A stretch of 64,000 bases of DNA, taken from the NCBI GenBank assembly GCA_964654065.1, contig CAZZHN010000005.1, positions 3,909 to 67,908 on the forward strand. The letters run 5' to 3'. Positions 1 through 9,059 of the stretch are shown one piece after another (within the stretch, counting starts at the first letter, position 1; each line of letters starts with the position of its first letter). The translations under genes and the position numbers were made by a program. Under the pieces are notes generated by a model. That model worked only from the letters and a program-made list of their open reading frames with translations, was not told where the DNA came from and did not search any database. The DNA comes from an uncultured Solibacteraceae bacterium. Its GTDB lineage: Bacteria; Acidobacteriota; Terriglobia; Bryobacterales; Bryobacteraceae.

Positions 1-192
1 CGCCACGGCCGTGCCGAAAAGGAACGCCGCCACGAAATTGAAAAACGCGGCCCACAGCACGGCTTGCCCAGGAGAAAGCACACGCGTGGATACGATGGTG
101 GCGATGGAGTTGGCAGCATCGTGGAAGCCGTTGATATAGTCGAAGACCAGCGCGATGCCGATGATCAGGACAGCCAGTTCAACGGCTCCCAT
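1..192 (-). CDS. Inorganic phosphate transporter, PiT (PHO4) family; N-terminal 64 codons only, gene runs off the left edge
   Basis: Own translation of the minus strand from ATG (192-190): MGAVELAVLIIGIALVFDYINGFHDAANSIATIVSTRVLSPGQAVLWAAFFNFVAAFLFGTAVA. GFHDAANSIAT is the PiT family signature. It lies 2 nt downstream of a DUF47 gene, its usual partner. Absent from the ORF track because no stop lies in the window. Confidence 0.8.
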   Translation of the reverse strand, partial: MGAVELAVLIIGIALVFDYINGFHDAANSIATIVSTRVLSPGQAVLWAAFFNFVAAFLFGTAVA

Positions 193-194
193 GG

Positions 195-836
195 TCAGCT
201 GTTCTTGACCACGACATTCTGCAGCACGTCGGCCACATCCTCGCAATTGTCGATGGTCTCTTCGAAGAAGTCGTAGACCTCTTTGAGCTTGATCAACAGA
301 ATGGGGTCCTTCTCTTTGTTGAACAGGTCGGCCACCGCGCCGCGGCCGATCAGGTCGCCCTCGTTCTCCAGGCGATTGATCTCGATGCAGTGCTCCATCA
401 CGGGCTTGCCGGCTTCCAGCGCCTCGAACGCGCTGTGCATCGACTTGGCGCAGCTCTTCACAATTTCTGCCAGCGTGATCATAGTCGGCGGAATCGGGTC
501 GATGTGGTACGACAACAGCCGGTGCGACGTATCTTCCATGCCGTCCAGCACGTTGTCCAGCGACGAAGAGATGTTGTGAATGTCTTCCGGATCGAGCGGC
601 GTGATGAACGTCTGGTTGAGCCGGGTGAAGATTTCGTGGATGACTTCGTCGCCGCGGTGCTCCAGGACGTTGATTTCCATGGCAAACGCCGCCAGCCGCG
701 AATTGCCGGCGCGTACCCCTTCCAGCAGCAGGCGCGCCGCCTCGGAAATGATATCCGCCTGTTTCAGAAACAGGCCGTAGAACTTCTCTTCACGGGGAAG
801 GAGTCTCATAGCAAGATGGAACGAGGAGAAGCCCAT
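195..836 (-). CDS. DUF47 / PhoU-like phosphate-transport accessory protein (YkaA-type)
   Basis: 213-aa ORF. The helical repeat pattern (FYGLFLKQADII...EINVLEHRGDEVIHEIF...IEINRLENEGDLI...IDNCEDVADVL) is typical of DUF47. It sits immediately upstream of the pit gene. Confidence 0.85.
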   Translation of the reverse strand: MGFSSFHLAMRLLPREEKFYGLFLKQADIISEAARLLLEGVRAGNSRLAAFAMEINVLEHRGDEVIHEIFTRLNQTFITPLDPEDIHNISSSLDNVLDGMEDTSHRLLSYHIDPIPPTMITLAEIVKSCAKSMHSAFEALEAGKPVMEHCIEINRLENEGDLIGRGAVADLFNKEKDPILLIKLKEVYDFFEETIDNCEDVADVLQNVVVKNS

Positions 837-871
837 CTTAATCGCATTGCAACAATCAGGTCAATATTGGG

Positions 872-1663
872 TTACGATTCGATAACGATGGGAAACAGCT
901 CAGCGCCAGCATCTTCTTCGCTGTCACCATCCAGCTTGAGATAACGAGTGTCGAGCAGCCGCCCGGTCTCGATGTTCCCCATGGCGGAAAGAATGTTCTC
1001 CTTCAGGTGGGGATGCTCCCGTTCGAGGCTGGCGAACAGGTCGCGCAGCGAGCGCCGCACCGTGCCGGTCCGCTGCGAACAGCCGCACGGTATCACCGGG
1101 ACCCCGAGCGACTCGGCGTAGGCTCGCGTGATGTCTTCGCTGACGAACACCAGCGGCCGAATCAGCCGGAAATCGCGCTCGCGCGACCAGGTAACCGGCG
1201 GCAGGGCGCTTAGCCTCCCCGTGAACATCGTGTTGCGCAGCAGCGATTCGCAGAAATCGTCGGCCGTGTGGCCGAGCGCGATCACGTTGGCGTTCAATTC
1301 GCGGGCGATCTGGTACACCGCGCGCCGGCGGTAGCGGCTGCAGAGATCGCAGCCGTGTTCGGGCTGGTCCTCGAGCAGCTGGAGCGACGGCGCGTCGCGG
1401 AAGTACGTCCATGCCACGCCGCGCTCGCGCAAGTACTCGCCCAGCGGCTCAATGGGGCGCAGAAACTTGCCCTGCTCCACGGTGAACGCGCAGACGGAGA
1501 ACTCGATGGGAGCGCGCTTGGCGAGCAGCAGCAGCGCTTCCAGCAGCGTGGCGGAATCCTTGCCGCCCGACAGCGCCACCGCCACCCGGTCCCCATCGCG
1601 AATCATCCGGAAGCGATGGATGGCCTCGCCAACCTTACGCAGTAGTGTTTTTTCCAGATCCAC
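872..1663 (-). CDS. ttcA: tRNA 2-thiocytidine(32) synthetase TtcA-like PP-loop ATPase
   Basis: PP-loop SGGKDS. Cys motifs GCDLCSRYRR and IPCGCSQ. HTADDFCESLL block. 263 aa. Confidence 0.8.
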   Translation of the reverse strand: MDLEKTLLRKVGEAIHRFRMIRDGDRVAVALSGGKDSATLLEALLLLAKRAPIEFSVCAFTVEQGKFLRPIEPLGEYLRERGVAWTYFRDAPSLQLLEDQPEHGCDLCSRYRRRAVYQIARELNANVIALGHTADDFCESLLRNTMFTGRLSALPPVTWSRERDFRLIRPLVFVSEDITRAYAESLGVPVIPCGCSQRTGTVRRSLRDLFASLEREHPHLKENILSAMGNIETGRLLDTRYLKLDGDSEEDAGAELFPIVIES

Positions 1664-1714
1664 TGCTTCGATTATAGCGGCGTATCGAGGATACCCCCGG
1701 GTGCAGCCGGCGCG

Positions 1715-2068
1715 TCAAGCGGATTGCTGCGTCAGTTCGGCGGCGTCCGCCGCCAAGTCGGAGGCGAGAAACGGCTTTCCCAGCGTGCGGCAACTGCGGA
1801 ACTGGCCGGCCAGGGCGGGATCCGGAGACGACGCCATGTAGATGAGCGGAACCGTTTCCGCGAATTCGAGGAAGTATGCAGGCACGTTGGTGATGAGCAG
1901 GGAGACAGCACTGTGGCTCCGCAAAGTGCGCTGGGCTTCCTCCAATCCGGCTTCGACCACCGAATGGCCCTCGCGCTTGAGGATGCCGCTAACGAACTTC
2001 CGGATCAGCGGGTCTTCCACCACCAACACGCATCCTGGAGGGATCTTCTCCGGCATTTGCTGTCTCAC
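1715..2068 (-). CDS. Stand-alone receiver-like (pseudo-receiver) domain protein
   Basis: 117 aa with VLVVEDP (beta1) and a GKPF (beta5 Lys-Pro) pattern. The beta3 segment reads SLLITNVPAY with no Asp at the phospho-acceptor position. Confidence 0.5.
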   Translation of the reverse strand: MRQQMPEKIPPGCVLVVEDPLIRKFVSGILKREGHSVVEAGLEEAQRTLRSHSAVSLLITNVPAYFLEFAETVPLIYMASSPDPALAGQFRSCRTLGKPFLASDLAADAAELTQQSA

Positions 2069-2156
2069 AACGCAAACGATCTGATTGGGCTCTAAATACT
2101 ATTCTGTACACGGCTGCGCGCGGGCCACAATACCCGCATATGGGAGTTCGTACTGC

Positions 2157-2858
2157 CTAAGGGTGGGGTGATTGAATTGAAAGTGAATCGCACCAGCGCC
2201 CGAATATCTGCTTCGCTAGCACCGCCAAACGCGGCGCGTTCAATTCCGGATCAATCGGCGCCGTCACTTCCCGCAGATCTCCGCAATGAGAGTCCTGGTA
2301 GCACCAATCGGCGATCATCTCGGGGGTAACCTCCAGGTGAAACTGAAGCGCGTAAGTGCCGGAGCCGGCGCTAAAGGCCTGGTATGCGCAAGCGGCTGAG
2401 GAAGCCAGCCAGCGGGCGCCCGGCGGCAAGTCGAAAGTTTCGCCGTGCCACTGGAATACGGTTTCCCGCGGGCCCGCGCCCGAGAACAAGGCGTCGCCGG
2501 CAGTCTCGTGGGTGAAATCGACGTCGAACCAGCCGATCTCTTTGGCCCGGCCCGGATACACGCGGGCGCCGAGGGCCTTGGCGATCAACTGCGCGCCCAG
2601 GCACACCCCGAGCACGGGGCGGCGCGCCTTCACTGCCTGCGCAATCCAATCTGCTTCCCGGTCCAGGTAAGGCAGCCCCTCGTTGACCGACATGGGCCCG
2701 CCCATGAAAATCAGGCCGTCGTAGAGGGCAGGGTCGGGATCGAGCGCGGCGGAGAGGTAAAGGTCCGCGTAGTCGATGCCGATGCCGCGGCGCACCAGCT
2801 CGGGTTCAATCCGGCCAAGATGCTCGTGAGGAACGTGTCGGAACGCGAGCACGCGCAT
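2157..2858 (-). CDS. Class I glutamine amidotransferase (GATase1) family protein
   Basis: Nucleophile elbow GVCLGAQL and His/Glu pair in QFHLEV. 233 aa. Confidence 0.75.
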   Translation of the reverse strand: MRVLAFRHVPHEHLGRIEPELVRRGIGIDYADLYLSAALDPDPALYDGLIFMGGPMSVNEGLPYLDREADWIAQAVKARRPVLGVCLGAQLIAKALGARVYPGRAKEIGWFDVDFTHETAGDALFSGAGPRETVFQWHGETFDLPPGARWLASSAACAYQAFSAGSGTYALQFHLEVTPEMIADWCYQDSHCGDLREVTAPIDPELNAPRLAVLAKQIFGRWCDSLSIQSPHP

Positions 2859-2881
2859 AACTGAGGAAGGCGCCGGCCTGC

Positions 2882-4357
2882 TTACTTGTTTTGAGCCACC
2901 TGAAAATGGCTCAATCCCTCGGCGTAACGCTCCACCCCGCGGACCAGCGCCTCAGCGACCTTTTGCCGGTAATCCGGCCTGCGCAGCATCACTTCCTCTT
3001 TCGGGTTGCTGAGAAAACCGATTTCGGCCAGCACGGAGGGCATTGTGGCGCCGATCAGCACCACGAACGGGGCGCGGCGCACCCCGCGATCATGCTCGGT
3101 CGGGAAGTTGCGCACGTACAGCCCGAACAGGGACGTTTGAATCTTCGCGGCCAGATCCTTGGATTCTTCCGCTTTGTCGTGCAGGGTGATCCTCTGGATC
3201 AGGTCGTGCAGTTCCGAAATGCTCTCCATGGAACTGGCGTTTTCGCGCGAAGCCACCGACAGGGCGTCCCTGGCGTCGGTAAAATTCAGGTAATAGGTTT
3301 CGGCGCCGGAGACCTTGGGCGCGGAAGACGCATTGGCGTGGATCGAAATGAACAGGTCCGCCTTCTTTTCATTGGCCAGCGCGGTGCGGCTCTCCAGCGG
3401 AACGTATACGTCGGTGGAGCGGGTGTAGATCACCTCGGCGCGCAGGCGGTCCTGGATCAGGCTGCCGGCGCGCAGCGCGACATCCAGAACCAGGTCCTTT
3501 TCCAGCAGACCTTTCACGCCTTCCGTGCCCTGGTCGTGGCCGCCGTGGCCTGGATCGATCACCACCCGGTTTAACTTGAGTCCCAGGGCGCGGATCAGGG
3601 AAGTCTCGCCGCTGGCGGTGCGGTGCGCGGCTTTGCCTACCTCGAGCGGGAGCGTATCGGCCAGCTTCACGGCGTCCTTCAGAGCGGGAGCCAGGGGCAC
3701 GGCGGAATCTGCGGGTTTGGCCAGTGGCGGCGCGTCGGGAAGGACAGGCGTTGGGGCAACCAGGGTTTTCGGCGGCTCGATCGCTGCTGCAACCCTGACC
3801 GTCCTTGCCTCTGGCAAATGAATCGCCTCGGTGCTGTGCGTTACCGGCTCGGCGGGGCTATGCGCTACAGCTACGGCGCGGATGGTGGGCGGCGGCTTGG
3901 GCAGGTCCGGCTTCGTCGTCTCCCGGTCGGGAACCGACAGCCTGGTAAGAGTCATCGCGGCCGGCGCAGAGGCGCTGCGGAGTTCGATCATCAGCCGGCC
4001 CGGATTGGCGAGTTGCGTGGTGGTTACATGAATTTCGCCGGCCAGGTCAATCACCACGCGCGTGGTTCCGGGATTGGTCTCCGCCACGCGAATGCGCTTC
4101 ACCACCGGATCCGTAACGTCTTCCGCACGGTAGCGGCCGCCCAGGGCATAGCGCGCGTCCACGATATCGAAGTAGATGCGCTCCGGATTGTGCAGCCGGT
4201 CCCAGCGGTAGTGGAAATCGCCGGTGACTTCGACCGCGACGCGGGTGACATCGCCCAAAGACCAGTGGCGTACCGCGGTCACCGCGGCTGCGGGCACACT
4301 TCCGGGCTGCGCCCCCAGGGTGCACGAGAGGACCGAGAGTACGGCGAAACGCTTCAT
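2882..4357 (-). CDS. N-acetylmuramoyl-L-alanine amidase with N-terminal AMIN domain (AmiC-like)
   Basis: Signal peptide. AMIN-like N-terminus (VRHWSLGDVTRVAVEV...TTRVVIDL). Pro/Ala linker. Amidase_3 core (VVIDPGHGGHDQG...ISIHANA...ETGFLSN-like EIGFLSNP). Confidence 0.85.
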   Translation of the reverse strand: MKRFAVLSVLSCTLGAQPGSVPAAAVTAVRHWSLGDVTRVAVEVTGDFHYRWDRLHNPERIYFDIVDARYALGGRYRAEDVTDPVVKRIRVAETNPGTTRVVIDLAGEIHVTTTQLANPGRLMIELRSASAPAAMTLTRLSVPDRETTKPDLPKPPPTIRAVAVAHSPAEPVTHSTEAIHLPEARTVRVAAAIEPPKTLVAPTPVLPDAPPLAKPADSAVPLAPALKDAVKLADTLPLEVGKAAHRTASGETSLIRALGLKLNRVVIDPGHGGHDQGTEGVKGLLEKDLVLDVALRAGSLIQDRLRAEVIYTRSTDVYVPLESRTALANEKKADLFISIHANASSAPKVSGAETYYLNFTDARDALSVASRENASSMESISELHDLIQRITLHDKAEESKDLAAKIQTSLFGLYVRNFPTEHDRGVRRAPFVVLIGATMPSVLAEIGFLSNPKEEVMLRRPDYRQKVAEALVRGVERYAEGLSHFQVAQNK

Positions 4358-4369
4358 GCCGGTCTGCGA

Positions 4370-5098
4370 TTACCGCGAAACGTACCGCAAAACGCCATCT
4401 TCACCAACCACTGCCAGCACGTGTGTCGTATCGTCAGGCTTGACCGCCGGGGTCGTGGCCTCGTGCGCGGGCGTTTTTGCCGGGGCGGCCGGAGCGGCTG
4501 CGCGCAGCTGGCGCGCCACCAATTTCAGGTAATTCTGTGTTTCCGGATAGGGCGGGACGGTGTTGCCGTACTTCGCCACGGCGCCTTCGCCGGCGTTATA
4601 CGCCGCCAGGGCCAGCGGGTAGTCGCCGCCATAAAGGTCCAGCAGATACCGCAGGTAGCGGGCGCCGCCCTGGATGTTGTCGGCTGCGTCGAAGACGTTG
4701 GACACGCCGAAGCGGCGCGCCGTCGCCGGAATCAGCTGCATCAGGCCGAGCGCTCCCTTGGGCGACACCGCGGCCGCATCATAATTGCTTTCCACCTTGA
4801 TGACGGAGTGAATCAGCTGCGGGGGCAGCGAGTGCTGGGAGGCAGCCCGCTCGACCACTGCCGCGATCGCCGCCGGCGACATCGGCGCGGGCTTGGCGCT
4901 GGCTGCCGGAACCGGATCCGCCGGCCCGCCGGCCTGTGCGTCGCGCCTGGTTGTCACCACCACGCTTCTCACCAGTCTCCCTGTCCGCTGGTCCGTGTTC
5001 ACCACGCTGACCATGCGTTCCGCGGCGGCTGGCGCCGGCGACTCGGCCATTGCCGTCACCGCCGGTACCAAACACAGAATAAAACAAAACCGCCGCAA
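4370..5098 (-). CDS. Lytic transglycosylase (SLT domain), secreted
   Basis: TTG start with signal peptide RRFCFILCLVPAVTAMA. SLT motifs VIKVESNYD...GALGLMQLIP...AYNAGEGAV. 12 nt upstream of the amidase gene, so a probable operon. Confidence 0.85.
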   Translation of the reverse strand: MRRFCFILCLVPAVTAMAESPAPAAAERMVSVVNTDQRTGRLVRSVVVTTRRDAQAGGPADPVPAASAKPAPMSPAAIAAVVERAASQHSLPPQLIHSVIKVESNYDAAAVSPKGALGLMQLIPATARRFGVSNVFDAADNIQGGARYLRYLLDLYGGDYPLALAAYNAGEGAVAKYGNTVPPYPETQNYLKLVARQLRAAAPAAPAKTPAHEATTPAVKPDDTTHVLAVVGEDGVLRYVSR

Positions 5099-5120
5099 TA
5101 TGTTTTGACCTCTCAGTATA

Positions 5121-5149
5121 AAACAAAAAAGCGCTCTCGTGAAGCGCTT
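5121..5149 (-). terminator. Intrinsic-terminator-like hairpin + U-run, read on the minus strand, lying in the leader of the SLT/amidase operon
   Basis: Minus strand reads AGCGCTT-cacgag-AGCGCTT followed by TTTTTGTTT (7-bp perfect stem 5129-5135/5143-5149). There is no upstream minus-strand gene to terminate (mobA to the right is on +). Confidence 0.35.
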
Positions 5150-5172
5150 ATTTCCAATGGTATCATTTCCCT

Positions 5173-5727
5173 GTGAGCAGGGCCGGATTCGTGCTGACAG
5201 GCGGCCTCAGCAGCCGCATGGGGCGCGACAAGGCGCTGCTGCCGTTCCAGGGCGGATCGCTGGCCGGATTTGTGGCGCGCCTGGTGACGCAGGCGGCGGG
5301 CAGCGCATCCCTGGTGGGAAGCGCTCAACGCCACGCGGTCGTGGGCTACCCGGTGATTGAGGATCTCTATCCGGGCGAGGGGCCGCTGGGAGGAATCCTG
5401 ACCGCGCTCCAGAATACGACGGCCGACTGGAACCTGATTGTTGCCTGCGACATGCCGCGCCTGTCGACTCCATTCCTGACCCGCTTGCTCGAAGCTGCCG
5501 CGGATTCCGGCTGTGGCGCCCTGGTTCCGGCCGGACCGTCCGGACTGCTGGAACCCCTGTGCGCGGTTTACCATCGCCACTCGCTCGCCGTTCTCGGGGC
5601 TGCCTTTGGAAGCGGCGTGCGCAAAGTCGCCACCGCCTTGGAGGGCGCTCGCGTGACAGTTCTCCCTGTGACCGAAATTACACATTTTCAGAATGTAAAT
5701 ACCGCGGAGGAATGGGCCAACCGGTGA
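5173..5727 (+). CDS. mobA: Molybdenum cofactor guanylyltransferase MobA
   Basis: GTG start. LTGGLSSRMGRDKALL, GPLGGIL and ACDMP motifs. 184 aa. Confidence 0.8.
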   Translation: MSRAGFVLTGGLSSRMGRDKALLPFQGGSLAGFVARLVTQAAGSASLVGSAQRHAVVGYPVIEDLYPGEGPLGGILTALQNTTADWNLIVACDMPRLSTPFLTRLLEAAADSGCGALVPAGPSGLLEPLCAVYHRHSLAVLGAAFGSGVRKVATALEGARVTVLPVTEITHFQNVNTAEEWANR

Positions 5728-6482
5728 CCAGCGAACTGCACCCGCATTACGTCGAGTTCCGCCACGTCTATAAGACGTTCGACCAGCCGGTTTTAGTTGA
5801 CAGCAATTTCTACGTGAACGCGGGCGAAACCGTGGCCATCATCGGCCGCAGCGGTGTAGGCAAGTCCGTAACCCTCTCGCACATCATGGGTTTCCTGAAG
5901 CCGGACCAAGGTCAAGTGATAGTGGCTCATGAAGATATCACTGAGATGGATGAGACCGAACTGCGCCGCATCCGCAAGAAGGTAACGATGGTCTTCCAGT
6001 CGGGCGCGCTGTTCGATTCCCTGACGGTGGCTGAGAATGTGCTCTTCTCGCTCGAACTGCGCCAGGACTACGACGAACAGAACAAGGAGGATGTGGTCAA
6101 CGGCTTGTTGAAAATGGTGGATATCGCCGAAGCGCGCGACGCCTACCCCGCCGACCTGTCCACCGGCTACAAGCGGGCGGTAGCTATCGCCCGCGCGATC
6201 GCGGCGCAGCCGCAATGCATTCTCTACGACGAGCCCACCACCATGGTCGATCCCATCATGTCCGACCACCTGGCCACCATGATGCTGCGTCTCAAACACC
6301 AGCTCAAGCTCACGTCGGTGGTAGTGACGCACGATCTGGACCTGATGTATAAGGTGGCGGACCAGGTGGTTTTCCTGTTTGAAGGCGGCGTGATTTACTT
6401 CGGACCGGTCGACGGGCTGGCGAAATCCAAGCATCCTCACATCCAGGAGTTTCTGGAGATGGACCGCGTGGAACGGGTGTAG
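5712..6482 (+). CDS. ABC transporter ATP-binding protein, MlaF/Mkl-like, with no adjacent permease
   Basis: ATG at 5712 preceded by GGAGG (5706-5710). Walker A GRSGVGKS, signature variant LSTGYKR, Walker B ILYDEPT, H-loop THDL. The ORF-track 5' extension from 5559 overlaps mobA and is rejected. Confidence 0.8.
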   Translation: MGQPVTSELHPHYVEFRHVYKTFDQPVLVDSNFYVNAGETVAIIGRSGVGKSVTLSHIMGFLKPDQGQVIVAHEDITEMDETELRRIRKKVTMVFQSGALFDSLTVAENVLFSLELRQDYDEQNKEDVVNGLLKMVDIAEARDAYPADLSTGYKRAVAIARAIAAQPQCILYDEPTTMVDPIMSDHLATMMLRLKHQLKLTSVVVTHDLDLMYKVADQVVFLFEGGVIYFGPVDGLAKSKHPHIQEFLEMDRVERV

Positions 6483-6573
6483 CGCGTTCCGGCACCGGAG
6501 GGAACCGGCCGCCCGGATCTGCGTGTTATGCTGGCTGCCGGACGCGGGAAGTGCGAGAGGGGGCACTCCGGTG

Positions 6574-7746
6574 ATGGATCTGAAATCCGCGGCGCGCGAG
6601 CGTTTCGGCGCGGCCCGGCATGGATTGATCGATCTCAGCCACCGCATCCACGCTCACCCCGAGCTGGGCTTTGAGGAGGAACAGTCCTCCGCCTGGCTCT
6701 GCGAGGCGCTGGCCGACGGCGGCTTCGCGGTAGAGAAGAATCTTTGCGGCCTTCCCACGGCCTTCCGCGCCCGCGCCGGATCCGGCCCGCTGCACATCGG
6801 CATTTGCGCCGAGTACGACAGCCTTCCCGGGATCGGCCACGCCTGCGGCCATAACATCATCGCCGCCTCCGCGGTGGGCGCGGCACTGGCCGCGGCTAGA
6901 GTCGCGGACGAAGCGGGCCTCACCGTCAGCGTGATCGGCACGCCGGCCGAGGAGGTGGGGAACGCCAGCGGCAAGATCCTGCTGCTGGAGCGCGGCGCTT
7001 TTGCCGGCATTCACGCCTCCATGATGGTGCACCCCGCGCCCTTTGATATGCTCCGCGCCAAAATCATCGCCGCTTCCATGTTCGAGGTTCACTGCACCGG
7101 CAAGGAGTCCCATGCCTCGGCTTTTCCGGAGCTGGGCGTGAACGCGGCCGATGCGCTCACTATCGCGCAAACGGCGCTGGGCCTGCTGCGTCAGCATATC
7201 CGCTCCACGGATCGCATCCATGGCATTGTGACCAACGGCGGCGCCGCGCCCAACGTGATCCCGGCACACACCGCGGCGCGGTACATCATCCGTTCCGAAA
7301 CCCTGGAGCAGCTCGCCGAATTGCGGCCCAGGGTGTACCGCTGCTTTGAGGCCGGCGCCCTGGCTACAGGCGCGGCCATCGCCATCACCGGCGGCGACAA
7401 GCCCTACGCCGAGATGCGGCACGACGGCGTGATGGCGGCGTTTTACCGCGCGAACTCGGAGGCGCTGGGGCGGCCGTTCCCGAATCTCGGCGAATGGGAA
7501 ACGCGGCCTACCGGCTCCACCGACATGGGGAACGTGTCTCTGGCCATGCCATCCATCCATCCCATGATCGGCATCAACTCCCTCCCTGCCGTCAACCACC
7601 AGCCCGAATTCGCCGCGCACTGCGTCACGCCGGATGCGGACAAGGCGCTGGAAGACGGTGCGCTCGCCATGGCGTGGACCTGCATCGACCTGGCTGCGAA
7701 CCAGGGAGCGCGGGAGAACCTGATGGGCCGCACTTCGCAAGGATAG
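6574..7746 (+). CDS. M20D-family amidohydrolase / peptidase
   Basis: HAHPELGFEE and GHACGHN metal-binding motifs. Start chosen at ATG 6574 (MDLKSAA...). Confidence 0.8.
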   Translation: MDLKSAARERFGAARHGLIDLSHRIHAHPELGFEEEQSSAWLCEALADGGFAVEKNLCGLPTAFRARAGSGPLHIGICAEYDSLPGIGHACGHNIIAASAVGAALAAARVADEAGLTVSVIGTPAEEVGNASGKILLLERGAFAGIHASMMVHPAPFDMLRAKIIAASMFEVHCTGKESHASAFPELGVNAADALTIAQTALGLLRQHIRSTDRIHGIVTNGGAAPNVIPAHTAARYIIRSETLEQLAELRPRVYRCFEAGALATGAAIAITGGDKPYAEMRHDGVMAAFYRANSEALGRPFPNLGEWETRPTGSTDMGNVSLAMPSIHPMIGINSLPAVNHQPEFAAHCVTPDADKALEDGALAMAWTCIDLAANQGARENLMGRTSQG

Positions 7747-7750
7747 ATCT

Positions 7751-8299
7751 ATGGCCCTGGAGTTCACGACTTCGTATCTGAAGGATGCGCTCGGCGTATT
7801 CCGCTACTACAAGAACCTGGCGGAGCGAGCCATGGCCCAAACGACCGACGAACAGCTCCTGGCCGTGTTGGACGGCGAGATGAATTCGATCGCCATGATT
7901 GTGAAGCACATGGCCGGTAACATGCGGTCGCGGTGGACGGACTTCCTGACCAGCGACGGCGAGAAGCCGGACCGCCAGCGCGACACGGAATTCACCGACC
8001 CTCCGGCCACGCGCGAAGCGTTGCTCGCCGCATGGGAGGCGGGCTGGCAGTGCTTATTCGGCGCCCTGGAGCCGCTTGGTGAACAGGATCTGCAACGCAC
8101 CGTGATGATTCGCGGCGAGGCCCATTCCGTCATGCAGGCCATCAATCGCCAGGTGGCTCACTACGCCTACCATTGCGGGCAGATCGTGCTGCTGGCTAAG
8201 CATTTCAACCATGCGGGCTGGCAGTCGTTGACCATCCCGCGCCGCCAGTCAGCCGAATTCAATCGCCGCGTGCAAGCCGGCGAAGCCAGCCAGCGGTAG
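7751..8299 (+). CDS. DinB-superfamily protein (DUF1572-like)
   Basis: 182 aa. Four-helix DinB-like pattern with His residues (VKHMAGN...HYAYHCGQIVLL). Confidence 0.7.
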   Translation: MALEFTTSYLKDALGVFRYYKNLAERAMAQTTDEQLLAVLDGEMNSIAMIVKHMAGNMRSRWTDFLTSDGEKPDRQRDTEFTDPPATREALLAAWEAGWQCLFGALEPLGEQDLQRTVMIRGEAHSVMQAINRQVAHYAYHCGQIVLLAKHFNHAGWQSLTIPRRQSAEFNRRVQAGEASQR

Positions 8300-8458
8300 A
8301 AAAACTTTCACAAGCCGCTGGATGAGATTTTCAAAGCCTGGCGTGGCGCGGGCAGTCCTGCCTGCTGTGTCGAGAGTCATCTCGACATTTCTTCGATGCC
8401 TCCGCCTGGCAGAGGCTTTGCTTGAGTTCCCAATCGGGTTCAGCGATGATCAGCTTGG

Positions 8459-9042
8459 ATGCGTTACGCAATTGCCGCTCTGCTTCTGTTTGCGCCGGGC
8501 GGATGGGCGCAGGATTTCGTGCCCCACCTGACGGGCGAGGTCTCCCGCGGCCAGGAGTATCGCAAGGAGATCGGTGCGGGCCTGGTCTTCCTCTTGCGGC
8601 CCTCCCAGGAGGGATGGACGATCGAAATCCTCCCCATGGCCCCATGCGACAAGCCGGGAGACTGGGCTTCTGTGGTCAACGCGCCGTATCGAAACTATAA
8701 TGCGCTGCATGTGGACGCCAGCTACGGGATCACCGCGCAACAGGCCGTGGTGGAAATGAATCGCGCGAATTCTCATTCGTGGTGAGTTGCCGGGACTATC
8801 AGACCGAAAGCCGTCGGCTGGAAATCGTCCTCTGGGGTTATACGCACTCGCAGCAGGAAATCGACGAGGCCACGGCGAAACTCGGCAGTTCACCGCTGGG
8901 CAAAGGCAGGTTTACAATTCTGGATTCGAAAGTGAGCCCGGCTGAGAAGGAAATCGAAGGCAAGAACTACGGCAAGATCGATTGGCTCAAGTTCAGGCTG
9001 GACCTTACCCCTCCGGCCGCGCGGGCTCGGAAGACACGGTAG
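8459..9042 (+). pseudogene. Secreted hypothetical protein apparently split by a frameshift (two adjacent coding-quality ORFs, 8459-8785 and 8779-9042)
   Basis: ORF1 has a signal peptide (MRYAIAALLLFAPGGWAQ). ORF2 is open from 8701 in another frame and overlaps ORF1 for about 85 nt. Both show GC3-rich codon usage. ORF2 has only a GTG start and no RBS. Confidence 0.4.
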
Positions 9043-9059
9043 ACGGAGGCTCGAAATCC

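Noticed and set aside
5712-6482. MlaF-like ATPase as the missing energiser of the ADOP permeases.
   Set aside because: It is 9 kb and 54 kb from the two ADOP genes, in unrelated operons. MacB-type permeases normally pair with MacB-type NBDs, not Mla-type.
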